From an uncultured Bacilli bacterium (GTDB lineage: Bacteria; Bacillota_I; Bacilli_A; RF39; UBA660), in NCBI GenBank assembly GCA_934096555.1, contig CAKOMD010000004.1, positions 12,792-76,791 on the forward strand: DNA of 64,000 nt. The letters run 5' to 3'. The notes under the pieces were generated by a model. That model made no database searches. It saw nothing but the letters and a program-made list of their open reading frames with translations, and was not told the origin of the DNA. Shown here in pieces: positions 46,789-56,528 of this stretch. The position numbers and the translations under genes were made by a program. Within the stretch, counting starts at the first letter, position 1. Every line of letters starts with the position of its first letter.

Positions 46789-47406
46789 AGCTCTTACTTT
46801 TGCTTGTTCTTGTACTACATCTTCTGAAAAAGTATCAAAAGCAAATCTATCTTGTATTTCTGTGTTTTCAACAATTCTTTTTAATTCGTTATAACTATAA
46901 GCACTATCAATATCATTAATAGTTATCATTTTTTTCCCTTGTACATTTGAATTAACAAGTACATTGGTATTTTCTATACCCCTATTAATTACTTCTTGAT
47001 TTTTAACAAAATATCTATTTTTTTGCATATCTTTTAAAATTCTGTTACTTTTTGCTAATTCTGTAAACATAGGTATATTAGCTACTGTGGCTACTCCTAA
47101 TCCAATAGCTATTTCCTCAATTGCTGATAAATTTAAAAGTTTGGTTGTAGCCACTAGTGATACTACAGCAAATGTTAACATTACAGATATACTTATTCCT
47201 CTTAATTTTAACACTTTATCCCTTTTTGCTTTACTTTTTGTTACTTGGTCAACCATTGTACTCTCTAGTATATTTTCATTCTTTTCAGTATTTGGAATGC
47301 TACGACTTTCACCATCAGCATAATTTACTGTTATAACTTCGTCATTTTTATCATAGTTTAAAACGAAATATTTTCTTTCTTCTTCAGTTAATGAATAATC
47401 TTTCAT
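46777..47406 (-). CDS. Hypothetical membrane protein
   Basis: ATG at 47406 with an AAAGGAG RBS. Two central TM helices. Confidence 0.5.
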   Translation of the reverse strand: MKDYSLTEEERKYFVLNYDKNDEVITVNYADGESRSIPNTEKNENILESTMVDQVTKSKAKRDKVLKLRGISISVMLTFAVVSLVATTKLLNLSAIEEIAIGLGVATVANIPMFTELAKSNRILKDMQKNRYFVKNQEVINRGIENTNVLVNSNVQGKKMITINDIDSAYSYNELKRIVENTEIQDRFAFDTFSEDVVQEQAKVRARRK

Positions 47407-47498
47407 AATAGCCTTCGCTCCTTTCAAAGTGATACATATTTTAGCACAATTTGCTATTTTTGTCAAATATTTGTATGCTAATTATGAAATGATTGCTT

Positions 47499-48215
47499 TT
47501 ATTTATTAATAGTAAAGGCCTCTAGCAATATATTATTATTAATATTTTTAGTATAAATTATTGTTCCATTACTTTTAAATACTCCTATTAGATCAGCAGC
47601 CCTAGTACTATAAGTAATTTCAATATTTGCAGTGTATTTATTATTTTTATATTCTACATTAGTAGCTTTAATCATAGATACATATACATTGTTACTACCT
47701 GATCTTCTATTTCTGTAGTAGACATATTCTTCGTCATAAGTTGTATTTCCTTTGTCTTGGTTTTTTAAATCAAAATTTTCACCAAAAAACTCTTTATAAT
47801 ATTTATTAAATGTATCATAATCTAGATAAGCTAATGTATAATCGTCCGTTGGTTCACCATCAATTTGAGTATTATCAAAACCACTTAAAACAGTAAATTT
47901 ATTATTTTCATTCTTAGTAGATAATATGTATTCCATTGTAAATAACTGTCTATTAGTAGAATCTTTTAGAAAATTAGTATCGTAACTAATATTGTATTTA
48001 GTACCATTTTTAGTTTGATGATCAATTCCATCAGTAATAATAAGCCAACCTAATGGTGTTCCTATTTTAGCAAGTTCATCATCTAATAGTTTTATTTCTT
48101 CGGCTTTGTCAAAATTAATATTTTTCTCCTCTAAAAACTTATTGTAAACAATATAACCTGCTAATAAAAAACATATTACTCCCATGACAATACATATTAT
48201 ATTTGATTTTTTCAC
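47499..48215 (-). CDS. Hypothetical N-terminally anchored protein
   Basis: MKKSNIICIVMGVICFLLAGYIVY anchor. No motif recognised. Confidence 0.5.
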   Translation of the reverse strand: MKKSNIICIVMGVICFLLAGYIVYNKFLEEKNINFDKAEEIKLLDDELAKIGTPLGWLIITDGIDHQTKNGTKYNISYDTNFLKDSTNRQLFTMEYILSTKNENNKFTVLSGFDNTQIDGEPTDDYTLAYLDYDTFNKYYKEFFGENFDLKNQDKGNTTYDEEYVYYRNRRSGSNNVYVSMIKATNVEYKNNKYTANIEITYSTRAADLIGVFKSNGTIIYTKNINNNILLEAFTINK

Positions 48216-48308
48216 ACTATCACCATTCCTGATATAAATATATCATAAAACATATAAAAAAAGAAGTTAATTTGTTTAACTTCTAAAGTTTTTGTTTTAA
48301 CGTCAAGA

Positions 48309-49757
48309 TTATTTGAATAATTTTAGTACTTCCTCACGATCATCAAAATGAGTTCTTTCGCCATTTTTTTCTTGGTATGTTTCATGACCCTTTCCTAATA
48401 TTAAAATTATATCTCCTTCCATTGCGTTATCAATGGCATATTTAATTGCTTCTTTACGATCAGGTATTTTGATATACTTACCATTAGTTTTCTTTATACC
48501 AACTTCAATATCATTCATAATATCATTAACATCTTCATACCTAGAATTATCTTCAGTTATAATAGATAAATCGGCATATTTACCTGATACTTCACCCATA
48601 TCATATCTTCGTTCTTTACTTCTGTTACCACCACAGCCAAATAAACTTACAATTCTTTTGGGATTATATTTTCGCATCGTTGTAAGAATACTTTCAGTAG
48701 ATACTCCATTATGTGCATAATCAATAATAACGGTATATTTATTGCTGACTGGTACTATTTCTACTCTACCCCTTACTGCAACTTTTGCTAAAGCATTTTT
48801 TATACTGGCAATATTGCATCCAAGTAAACTGGTAGTAAGAATTGCACAGGCACTATTGTAGGCCGAAAACTCTCCTGGTGTATTTACTAAAAATTTATCA
48901 TTTACAATACCACTGGTAGTCATTTCTAAACCAATAAAATGTTCTTTTCTAAGTAATTCTACTTTATCTATTACTAGGTTTGCTTCTTTGTTATGACCAA
49001 AAGTATAAATATTACATGTGCTATTTTTAATCATATTATTGTAATATGTATCATCTATATTAAAGATTCCATTTTTACACATTTTAAATAATAAACTTTT
49101 ACAGTATATATATTCTTCCATATCTTTATGTTCATTTTCTCCAATATGATCTTCACTTAGGTTAGTAAATATTCCATAATCAAATGTCATACCATCTACT
49201 CTTCCTACTTTTAAAGCTTGTGAGGATACTTCCATTACTAGATATTCTACGCCATCATTTACCATTTCATTTAGATACTTTTGAATATCATAACTTTCAG
49301 GGGTTGTATTTACTGTACTATAATGTTTATCTTCAAAAAATACACCCATAGTACCTATAACTCCTACTTTTTTATTATCTTCTTCAAGAATATTTTTTAT
49401 CATAAAGGAAGTTGTGGTTTTACCCTTAGTACCAGTAATAGCAATAGTAGTTAATTTACTACCAGGATTATTAAAATAGTTTATTGATACTTGTGATAAT
49501 ACTCTTCTTGTATTATTTACTTTTATAATAGTGATATCTTTTCTAGTAATATCTTTTTCTACAAGTACGGCTTTAGCTCCTTTTTCTATGGCACTATCTA
49601 CATAGTCATGACCATCAAATGAAGAACCTACGAGACATATAAATAGGCAGCCTTCTTTTATTTTTCGAGAATCATAACAGATATCAGTTATCTCTATATC
49701 TGTATTACCATTAATAATACTATATTCTACTTTTTCTAATACTCTTTCTAATTTCAT
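48309..49757 (-). CDS. murE: UDP-N-acetylmuramoyl-L-alanyl-D-glutamate ligase (MurE); added amino acid not assignable
   Basis: Mur ligase P-loop GTKGKTTT, DYAHNG, and the specificity region EDNSR rather than a clear DNPR. Confidence 0.85.
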   Translation of the reverse strand: MKLERVLEKVEYSIINGNTDIEITDICYDSRKIKEGCLFICLVGSSFDGHDYVDSAIEKGAKAVLVEKDITRKDITIIKVNNTRRVLSQVSINYFNNPGSKLTTIAITGTKGKTTTSFMIKNILEEDNKKVGVIGTMGVFFEDKHYSTVNTTPESYDIQKYLNEMVNDGVEYLVMEVSSQALKVGRVDGMTFDYGIFTNLSEDHIGENEHKDMEEYIYCKSLLFKMCKNGIFNIDDTYYNNMIKNSTCNIYTFGHNKEANLVIDKVELLRKEHFIGLEMTTSGIVNDKFLVNTPGEFSAYNSACAILTTSLLGCNIASIKNALAKVAVRGRVEIVPVSNKYTVIIDYAHNGVSTESILTTMRKYNPKRIVSLFGCGGNRSKERRYDMGEVSGKYADLSIITEDNSRYEDVNDIMNDIEVGIKKTNGKYIKIPDRKEAIKYAIDNAMEGDIILILGKGHETYQEKNGERTHFDDREEVLKLFK

Positions 49758-49822
49758 AATTGATTCACCTCTAACAATATTATATATTATTTTTTATATT
49801 TTGAAAAACAAAATAAATGATA

Positions 49823-50524
49823 TTATCTATTTTTTATTCTTCTAAAACCTGGTATTTCTAATTGTCCCTCTATTTCACCGCTGGAAAGGTTAGCCTCATT
49901 TTCAATAGCCTCTAGTAATTCTCTGCTTTTCTTTTCTTTTTCTGTTTTCAAATGTATATATTCTTTTTTCTTTTCTAATATAGTTCTTCTTAATATTGAT
50001 TCCTCATTAGTAACGATCTGTTTTCTTTCGACTAAATTTTTAAAAGTATTGTTATGTTTTTTCTTTAGGTTATTATTTTCTTTTTCTAATTCGCTATTTA
50101 TTTGTTCTAAGTTATAGCTCTTTAAATCTTTTTGTATTTTTATATCTGATAATGCATTCCAAGTTATAGAGGCAATGCCTCCTAGTGAGGATAATAAAAA
50201 GATTATACTTGCTGGATTCTTTGAAACTACTGTTACAGTCGTACACAGAATAATAAACATGGTTATCATTATTTTTTGTTTTAACTTTTTCTTAGATAAT
50301 TTTAAACTATTTATTTTATCTTGGAACATTTCTTTTTGCCTATTTAGATAGTTTATTCTATCTCTAATATTAAATGTATAATTATCAATTCTTATTTCTA
50401 TTTTTTCTCTTTCTTTTTCATATTTTGTTATTATTTTACTAAGATAAAATATTTCATTATCTAAACTATTCATCATTAATATTATTTTCTTTATTTCTTT
50501 TATTTCTTCTTCCATATATATCAC
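49823..50524 (-). CDS. Coiled-coil membrane protein (two central TM helices)
   Basis: Lys/Glu-rich heptad-like flanks around MITMFIILCTTVTVV and ASIIFLLSSLGGIASITW. Start could be GTG 50524 or ATG 50515. Confidence 0.45.
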   Translation of the reverse strand: MIYMEEEIKEIKKIILMMNSLDNEIFYLSKIITKYEKEREKIEIRIDNYTFNIRDRINYLNRQKEMFQDKINSLKLSKKKLKQKIMITMFIILCTTVTVVSKNPASIIFLLSSLGGIASITWNALSDIKIQKDLKSYNLEQINSELEKENNNLKKKHNNTFKNLVERKQIVTNEESILRRTILEKKKEYIHLKTEKEKKSRELLEAIENEANLSSGEIEGQLEIPGFRRIKNR

Positions 50525-50571
50525 GATATATATAATATTATATTATTAATAATAAGTCAATTATAATTTAA

Positions 50572-50624
50572 ACAATGAAGAACTTAGGCTTCATTGTTCC
50601 TCTTAAGAATACAAGCTTAAGAGG
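50572..50624. repeat. Tandem-hairpin repeat unit R4
   Basis: acaatgaag-aacttagg-cttcattgt, then cctcttaag-aatacaag-cttaagagg. Both stems are perfect. It lies 14 nt downstream of the AAA gene stop. Confidence 0.65.
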
Positions 50625-50637
50625 CAGTAAAAAAGGA

Positions 50638-51522
50638 CTAATCTAAAATAGTCCCTTCGATTTTTAATTCATCTTGAAATTGCTCTTTAAATGCCACTAG
50701 TTCTTTAGCTATAACATCAGGATAAACAGCCTTAGTGGTCTTTATAGCATCATATATATTTTTAAAATTTATAGTTTTTCTATTTTCATATATAGCATTA
50801 GAAAAGCATTGTCTTAATATAACTAGAGCAATATCTGGATATCTTGATGATATTTCATATACTCTTTTAAATTCAGTTGTCATATTAACAATAAATTTCA
50901 TTATTTTTTCATTAATAAAATCAGTATACGGAAGAATTACTCCCGTTTGCTTTTCTAACTTTGGTAATGTCTTAAGTAGTATCTGCACAGTCATTTCTTC
51001 AGTAGGTTCAGATACATCTACTTTTTCAAATCTTCTTAAGAAAGCTTTATCACGCATTATATATCTTTCATATTCATAAGTAGTCGTTGCTCCTATTATC
51101 TTGATACTTCCTCTACTTAAACCTTCTTTAAACATATTAGCTAAATCTAAAGTACCATTACCTATTAAAGTATGTATTTCATCAATGAAAAGAATTACTT
51201 TTTCTCTATTTTTTAATTCCTTTACTAGTTTTAGTACTCTATTTTCTTCACCATTACTATTAATTAACGCAGTGGTATTAACTCTATATATAGTGTAGCC
51301 TTGAAGAGCGTCTGGTACTTCATTTCTTTGAATACGATAAGCAAGTCCTTCAACAATAGCAGTTTTACCTATACCTGGTTTACCCACTAGAACGGCTGAT
51401 TTTTCTGGTGTTAAAAGAACTAATATTAATTTTTTTATTTCGTCATCTCTAGCTACTGCTGGGTCTGTAATATATGTAACTTCGGTTAAGTTATCTGCAA
51501 AACGATCTAATATTGAATCCAT
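50638..51522 (-). CDS. Stand-alone AAA+ ATPase homologous to the first nucleotide-binding domain (D1) of ClpA/B/C
   Basis: DPAVARDDEIKKLILVLL..KSAVLVGKPGIGKTAIVEGLAYRI and ILFIDEIHTLIG match Clp D1. There is no N-domain, no D2 and no ClpP loop. 294 aa. Confidence 0.7.
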   Translation of the reverse strand: MDSILDRFADNLTEVTYITDPAVARDDEIKKLILVLLTPEKSAVLVGKPGIGKTAIVEGLAYRIQRNEVPDALQGYTIYRVNTTALINSNGEENRVLKLVKELKNREKVILFIDEIHTLIGNGTLDLANMFKEGLSRGSIKIIGATTTYEYERYIMRDKAFLRRFEKVDVSEPTEEMTVQILLKTLPKLEKQTGVILPYTDFINEKIMKFIVNMTTEFKRVYEISSRYPDIALVILRQCFSNAIYENRKTINFKNIYDAIKTTKAVYPDVIAKELVAFKEQFQDELKIEGTILD

Positions 51523-51524
51523 AG

Positions 51525-51659
51525 TTATCCTCCTATTAATGCGAGAAATACTAAAACGGAAGCACTAATCATTATGCCACATAAAAACATAGCATCTAAA
51601 AATCCACCATTTGTTCTCTTACTATAATCATAGTACATTTTATATTTTCTACTCGTCAT
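51525..51659 (-). CDS. 44-aa single-TM peptide coupled between ylxM and the AAA gene
   Basis: Own translation MTSRKYKMYYDYSKRTNGGFLDAMFLCGIMISASVLVFLALIGG. ATGA overlap with the ylxM stop. Its last codons (GGAGGA) form the RBS of the AAA gene. Confidence 0.35.
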   Translation of the reverse strand: MTSRKYKMYYDYSKRTNGGFLDAMFLCGIMISASVLVFLALIGG

Positions 51660-51949
51660 AATATCTCCCTTATTTTATTCTTTATTTCTTCATTATCAAT
51701 ATCTTTAATGATATCTTCAAGTAATTTTTTCTTTTTATATAAACCTAATTTTTCTTCATAGAAGTATAGTTTTTCTTCAGCAGTCTTAATATTTTTATGA
51801 ATAGCATTTCTACTATAACCATCATTCTCACTTATCTCTCCTAGTGAAAGATTGTTAAAATAGTAATCTTCAAAATACATTCTTTGTTTATCTGTTAATA
51901 ATTCACCATAATAATCATATAAGATTATTAAATAATTTCTTTCTTCCAT
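51656..51949 (-). CDS. ylxM: YlxM/p13-like putative DNA-binding protein (UPF0122)
   Basis: LYDYYGELLTDKQRMYFEDYYFNNLSLGEISENDGYSRNAIHKNIK is the family signature. Confidence 0.8.
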   Translation of the reverse strand: MEERNYLIILYDYYGELLTDKQRMYFEDYYFNNLSLGEISENDGYSRNAIHKNIKTAEEKLYFYEEKLGLYKKKKLLEDIIKDIDNEEIKNKIREIL

Positions 51950-51950
51950 A

Positions 51951-52271
51951 TTAGTTTATCTTTACCATTGTATATATTACTTCAATTATGATAAGTAATA
52001 CTCCAATTCCAAATAATGTGTATACTAGTTTTTTCTTTTTTTCGTCATCGATGTAATAGTAACAGATACAAAATAGAAATAATGCAAAAGAAATAAGTGC
52101 TGCTGGCATAAATACTTCGTTAGTGATAGCTAAAATTAATAGTACTAAAAATATTACTCCTACGACTAGAGTTATTATAAACTCAGTCTTTTTTAACTTT
52201 ACAGAGTCAAGTACTTTGTACCTTTCTTCTTTCTTTGGTTTAATATTTTTTTTACTAACTTCTTTTTTCAT
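51951..52271 (-). CDS. Small membrane protein (three TM helices)
   Basis: 106 aa, hydrophobic, inserted between ftsY and ylxM. Confidence 0.45.
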   Translation of the reverse strand: MKKEVSKKNIKPKKEERYKVLDSVKLKKTEFIITLVVGVIFLVLLILAITNEVFMPAALISFALFLFCICYYYIDDEKKKKLVYTLFGIGVLLIIIEVIYTMVKIN

Positions 52272-52286
52272 ATTATCAATCCCTTT

Positions 52287-53249
52287 CTATAAATCTTTAA
52301 ATAAGCCATAGATATATTTTTCAATATCAAATGGTTCTAAATCATTAGTACCTTCTCCTAGTCCAACAAATTTTACTGGTATATCTACTTCTTCTTTAAT
52401 AGCAAGAACTATTCCACCTTTAGCACTTCCATCTAGTTTAGTTAGAATGATTCCACTGACATCAGTTACTTCTTTAAAGGCTTTGGCCTGCTGGATACCA
52501 TTTTGTCCGGTAGTAGCATCTACAACTAGTAATACTTCATGAGGAGCTTCTGGTATCATTTTCTTTATTACTTTATTCATTTTTGATAGTTCATTCATCA
52601 GATTAACTTTATTTTGTAATCTACCGGCGGTATCTATAAGAACAACATCATACTCACCTTTAATTGCCGTATCTATTCCATCATAGACAGCTGCTGATGG
52701 GTCTTTACTACTTGTAGTAACTACTGGTACATCTATTCTTTTACCCCATTCCACTAATTGTTCGGTAGCACCCGCTCTAAAGGTATCACCTGCTACTAGA
52801 AGAACTTTCTTACCAGCATTTTTCATTCTATTTGCTATTTTTCCAATACTTGTTGTTTTACCAACACCATTTACTCCTACAAAAAGAAGAACTGTTGGAC
52901 CTTCCTCACTATATTTTATCTTAGTATTTAGTACTTTGTTATCCACATACATAATAAGCATTTCATCAACGATTATTTCTTTTAGTGTATCAGTATCTTT
53001 AATATTTTCTTCTTTAGCTCTCTTCTTTAGCTTATCAACAAACTTAACAACGGTATTTATTCCAATATCCGCCATTATAAGAATATCTTCTAACTCTTCA
53101 AAATAATCCTCGCCAATATTTTTATATTTCTTTGATAAATCACTTATCTTAGTAGAAAACTCTTTTCTTGTTTTAGTAAGTGCTTCATCATACTTAACAG
53201 CATCTTTATCTTTGCTAAAGACGCTTTTTATTTTATTAAATAAACCCAT
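52287..53249 (-). CDS. ftsY: Signal recognition particle receptor FtsY
   Basis: SRP GTPase motifs GVNGVGKTTSIGK, DTAGR and TKLDG, with a short N-terminal region. Confidence 0.9.
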   Translation of the reverse strand: MGLFNKIKSVFSKDKDAVKYDEALTKTRKEFSTKISDLSKKYKNIGEDYFEELEDILIMADIGINTVVKFVDKLKKRAKEENIKDTDTLKEIIVDEMLIMYVDNKVLNTKIKYSEEGPTVLLFVGVNGVGKTTSIGKIANRMKNAGKKVLLVAGDTFRAGATEQLVEWGKRIDVPVVTTSSKDPSAAVYDGIDTAIKGEYDVVLIDTAGRLQNKVNLMNELSKMNKVIKKMIPEAPHEVLLVVDATTGQNGIQQAKAFKEVTDVSGIILTKLDGSAKGGIVLAIKEEVDIPVKFVGLGEGTNDLEPFDIEKYIYGLFKDL

Positions 53250-53260
53250 AATAAACCTCC

Positions 53261-53587
53261 TTATAATGTTCTCTTTCTATTTTTTCCTCTTTCTACAACA
53301 TTAGTATATTCTGATAGAATATCATTTTTTAGATACAAATCACTATCATTAATACTTTTTAGTCTAGCGGACTTTATTTCATAATCATCAAGTATAGTCA
53401 TATCTAGTGGTATTATGTAGCCACATCTCGGACACATAGTATAGAACTGTTCTTTGTCCTCTCCAAAATAATCTGTATAAGAAATTTGATAGATTTGATT
53501 AGGAGATAATTCAAAATTAAATCCACATCCGTGCTTTACTCTTCTATCAAATTCAAAATTGTCACTATCTTTACAATTAATATCCAT
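53261..53587 (-). CDS. Hypothetical small protein with a CPRCG zinc-ribbon-like half-site
   Basis: 108-aa ORF with no further motif. Confidence 0.4.
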   Translation of the reverse strand: MDINCKDSDNFEFDRRVKHGCGFNFELSPNQIYQISYTDYFGEDKEQFYTMCPRCGYIIPLDMTILDDYEIKSARLKSINDSDLYLKNDILSEYTNVVERGKNRKRTL

Positions 53588-53649
53588 AACCTTACTTCCT
53601 TACTTCTAAAGTATAACATTTTTAAATAAAATTGTAAATAAAAAAGAAA

Positions 53650-55203
53650 CTATTTTGCTTCTTCTTGGGCTCTAGTTTCTCTTATTACTGTAACTTTAAT
53701 AGTTCCAGGATATTTTAACTCGTTTTCTATTTTTTCTTTTATTTCTCTAGCTATTTGATGAGCTGTTAAATCATCTACTTCATCAGGTTTAACCATTACT
53801 CTAAGTTCTCTTCCTGCTTGAATAGCATAGGCTTTTTCTACGCCTTGCATCTTGTTACCAATTTCTTCAAGCTGCTCTAATCTTTGAACATAGTTTTCAC
53901 TAGAGTCATTTCTAGCTCCAGGACGTGATGCTGATACAGCGTCTGCTATCGCAACAATTGAAGCTATAATACTAGTAGGAGCTACTTCTCCATGGTGGGA
54001 AGCAATCGCATTTATAACAACTTCATCTTCACCATATTTCTTAGCTAAATCTACACCTATTTTAACATGAGAACCTTCCATCTCAAAATCAATTGCTTTA
54101 CCTATATCATGTAATAGTCCAGCTCTCTTAGCAAGATTTACATTTTCTCCTAGTTCACTAGCCATAATACCCGCTAGGTTAGCTACTTCCATTGAATGAG
54201 TTAAAGCATTTTGTCCATAACTACTTCTAAAATGTAGTTTACCTACTATTTCAACTAATTCAGGATCCATTTTTGATAGCCCTAATTCGTATAGAGCATT
54301 TTTACCATACTCTTTTATAGTTTGCTTAACATCTGCACAAGTCTTAGCATATAATTCTTCTATTCTAGCAGGATGAATTCTTCCATCTTTAATTAATGTC
54401 TCTAATGTAAGCCTTGCTATCTCTCTTCTTAAAGGATCAAAACTAGATATTACAATAGCTTCTGGAGTATCATCAATAATTAAGTCAACTCCGGTTACTG
54501 ATTCTATAGTTCTAATATTTCTTCCTTCTCTACCAATTAATCTACCTTTCATTTCATCATTAGGTAGCGTTATAACTGATACTGTCTGCTCACTTGTAAT
54601 ATCTGCTGCATATTTTTGCATAGTACCCACAAGTAATTCTTTGGCTCTTTCGTCAACTTCTAGTTTGGCTTCGGATTCCATTTCTTTAATGTACGCTGCT
54701 ATTTCTTTTGACATTTTAGTCTCAACCATTTTCATAACTGCGTCACGAGCCTGTTCTTTTGTATATTTGCTTATTCTTTCTAATTCTTCAAGTTCTTTTC
54801 TTTTTGTTTCTTCCATTTCTTCTTTAATTTCTTGAATTTTTTGTTGTTTATCAAGTAAATTATTTTCTCTTTCTTCAAGAGCAGTTTCTCTATTTTGAAG
54901 GGCAGTATCCCTTCTGTCAATATTATTTTCTCTTTGAAGAAGCCTATCTTCCTGCTGCTTTACTTCACTTTTCTTTTCTTTAATTTCTTTATCAGCTTCT
55001 AATTTTAATTTATGAATTTCTTCTTTTGTTTCAAATAAAGAATCTCTTTTAATTTTTTCAGCTTCTTTTTTAGCTTTATCTATTATAGTATCGGCTTTAT
55101 TACCATCTTTTTTATTTTTTAAAAAATTAAATAAAATTACTAAAGCAAGTCCTATTCCCAATCCAAGAACAAATAACAAAATGGAGAGAACAGTTTTGTC
55201 CAT
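53650..55203 (-). CDS. rny: Ribonuclease Y
   Basis: N-terminal TM helix, coiled coil, KH domain (GREGRNIR) and HD domain (LLHDIGK). ATG at 55203 with a GGAGG RBS. Confidence 0.92.
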   Translation of the reverse strand: MDKTVLSILLFVLGLGIGLALVILFNFLKNKKDGNKADTIIDKAKKEAEKIKRDSLFETKEEIHKLKLEADKEIKEKKSEVKQQEDRLLQRENNIDRRDTALQNRETALEERENNLLDKQQKIQEIKEEMEETKRKELEELERISKYTKEQARDAVMKMVETKMSKEIAAYIKEMESEAKLEVDERAKELLVGTMQKYAADITSEQTVSVITLPNDEMKGRLIGREGRNIRTIESVTGVDLIIDDTPEAIVISSFDPLRREIARLTLETLIKDGRIHPARIEELYAKTCADVKQTIKEYGKNALYELGLSKMDPELVEIVGKLHFRSSYGQNALTHSMEVANLAGIMASELGENVNLAKRAGLLHDIGKAIDFEMEGSHVKIGVDLAKKYGEDEVVINAIASHHGEVAPTSIIASIVAIADAVSASRPGARNDSSENYVQRLEQLEEIGNKMQGVEKAYAIQAGRELRVMVKPDEVDDLTAHQIAREIKEKIENELKYPGTIKVTVIRETRAQEEAK

Positions 55204-55409
55204 ATATATACCTCCATTCTTAATATATTTTATAGAAAAAATCATTAAATATTAATTTAAACTATACAAGTTAATTTTATCTTAGATTTTTTCTCTTGTC
55301 AAGTGCTTTTATCAAAAGAGAAATGGCCCTTGATATATGTTTAAATATTTATACTAAAATATATTTAAATATATAGTTACTGCTTATATATAATAAATGC
55401 ACTGACATA

Positions 55410-55478
55410 TTAAATTAAGACTCTTTAAATGAGGCTTAATTTAACACTCATAAGACTTACATAGTAAGGCTTGGAGTG
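55410..55478. repeat. Tandem-hairpin repeat unit R5 (longer loops, second stem imperfect)
   Basis: ttaaattaag-actctttaaatgagg-cttaatttaa, then cactcataag-acttacatagtaagg-cttggagtg. Downstream of the gap terminator. Confidence 0.5.
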
Positions 55479-55484
55479 AACGCA

Positions 55485-55510
55485 AGAAAAAACTTACCAC
55501 TTAAGGTAAG
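55485..55510 (-). terminator. Intrinsic terminator of gap
   Basis: The minus RNA reads CUUACC-UUAAGU-GGUAAG followed by UUUUUUCU. It starts 4 nt after the stop. Confidence 0.6.
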
Positions 55511-55513
55511 TAT

Positions 55514-56512
55514 TTATTCTTCTAGTAACTTTTTAGCAGTTCTAACCATTTGTGCTGAATATCCCATTTCATTATCATACCAAGCAATAATTTTAACTAA
55601 TTGTTTACCATCTACTTCAAGTACTTTTGTTAATGATAAATCCACTACGGCTCCATAAGTAGAACTAATTATATCAGAGGATACTATTGGATCAAAAGTA
55701 CCTTTAATAGTTTCACTTTCATTATTTAAAAACATGCTATTTATTTCATCTTCAGTAGTCTTTTCTTCTAATTCTAATGATAAATCTATTAATGAACCAT
55801 CTGATACTGGTACTCTAATTGCTCCTCCTGATAGTTTACCCTCAAGGCTTGGTATAACTTTTCCAATAGCAGTAGCGGCTCCTGTTGAAGTTGGAACAAT
55901 ATTCATAGCACATGCTCTTCCTCTTCTGGAATGACTACCTTTCTTATGACTTACATCTAGTGTTACTTGATCGTTAGTATAAGCATGAATTGTAGTCATA
56001 AAGCCTTTTATGATACCAAAGTTATCATCTACTAATTTTAGTACGGGTGCAAGACAGTTAGTAGTACATGAAGCTGCACTTACTATTTTATCACTATCAT
56101 CTAAGATATCATCATTTACATTATAGACAACAGTCTTTACATTTCCTTTACATGGAGCACTTACTAGTACTTTTTTAGCACCTGCAGTAATATGCTTCAT
56201 AGCATCTTCTTCTTTAGTAAATTTTCCAGTACATTCAAACACTAAATCTATTCCTAGTTCTTTCCAAGGTAAATTTGTTGGATCTATTTCTTTGTATACT
56301 CTTACTTTTTTACCCTCTATTATAATGTTTTCTTCATCATAAGTTATTTCTTTATTATAATTACGATGATTTGTATCATACTTAAGAAGATAAGCTAATT
56401 CTTCTGGTGTACTTAAGTCATTAATAGCTACTACATCAAAATAATTATCTTCTTCCATTAATCTAAATACTAGTCTTCCTATTCTTCCAAAACCATTAAT
56501 TGCTATTTTCAT
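55514..56512 (-). CDS. gap: Glyceraldehyde-3-phosphate dehydrogenase (type I)
   Basis: MKIAINGFGRIGR, the catalytic SAASCTTNCLAP, and WYDNEMGYS. ATG at 56512 with a GAGGAG RBS. No pgk/tpi gene adjacent. Confidence 0.9.
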   Translation of the reverse strand: MKIAINGFGRIGRLVFRLMEEDNYFDVVAINDLSTPEELAYLLKYDTNHRNYNKEITYDEENIIIEGKKVRVYKEIDPTNLPWKELGIDLVFECTGKFTKEEDAMKHITAGAKKVLVSAPCKGNVKTVVYNVNDDILDDSDKIVSAASCTTNCLAPVLKLVDDNFGIIKGFMTTIHAYTNDQVTLDVSHKKGSHSRRGRACAMNIVPTSTGAATAIGKVIPSLEGKLSGGAIRVPVSDGSLIDLSLELEEKTTEDEINSMFLNNESETIKGTFDPIVSSDIISSTYGAVVDLSLTKVLEVDGKQLVKIIAWYDNEMGYSAQMVRTAKKLLEE

Positions 56513-56528
56513 AATCTTCTCCTCTTTC

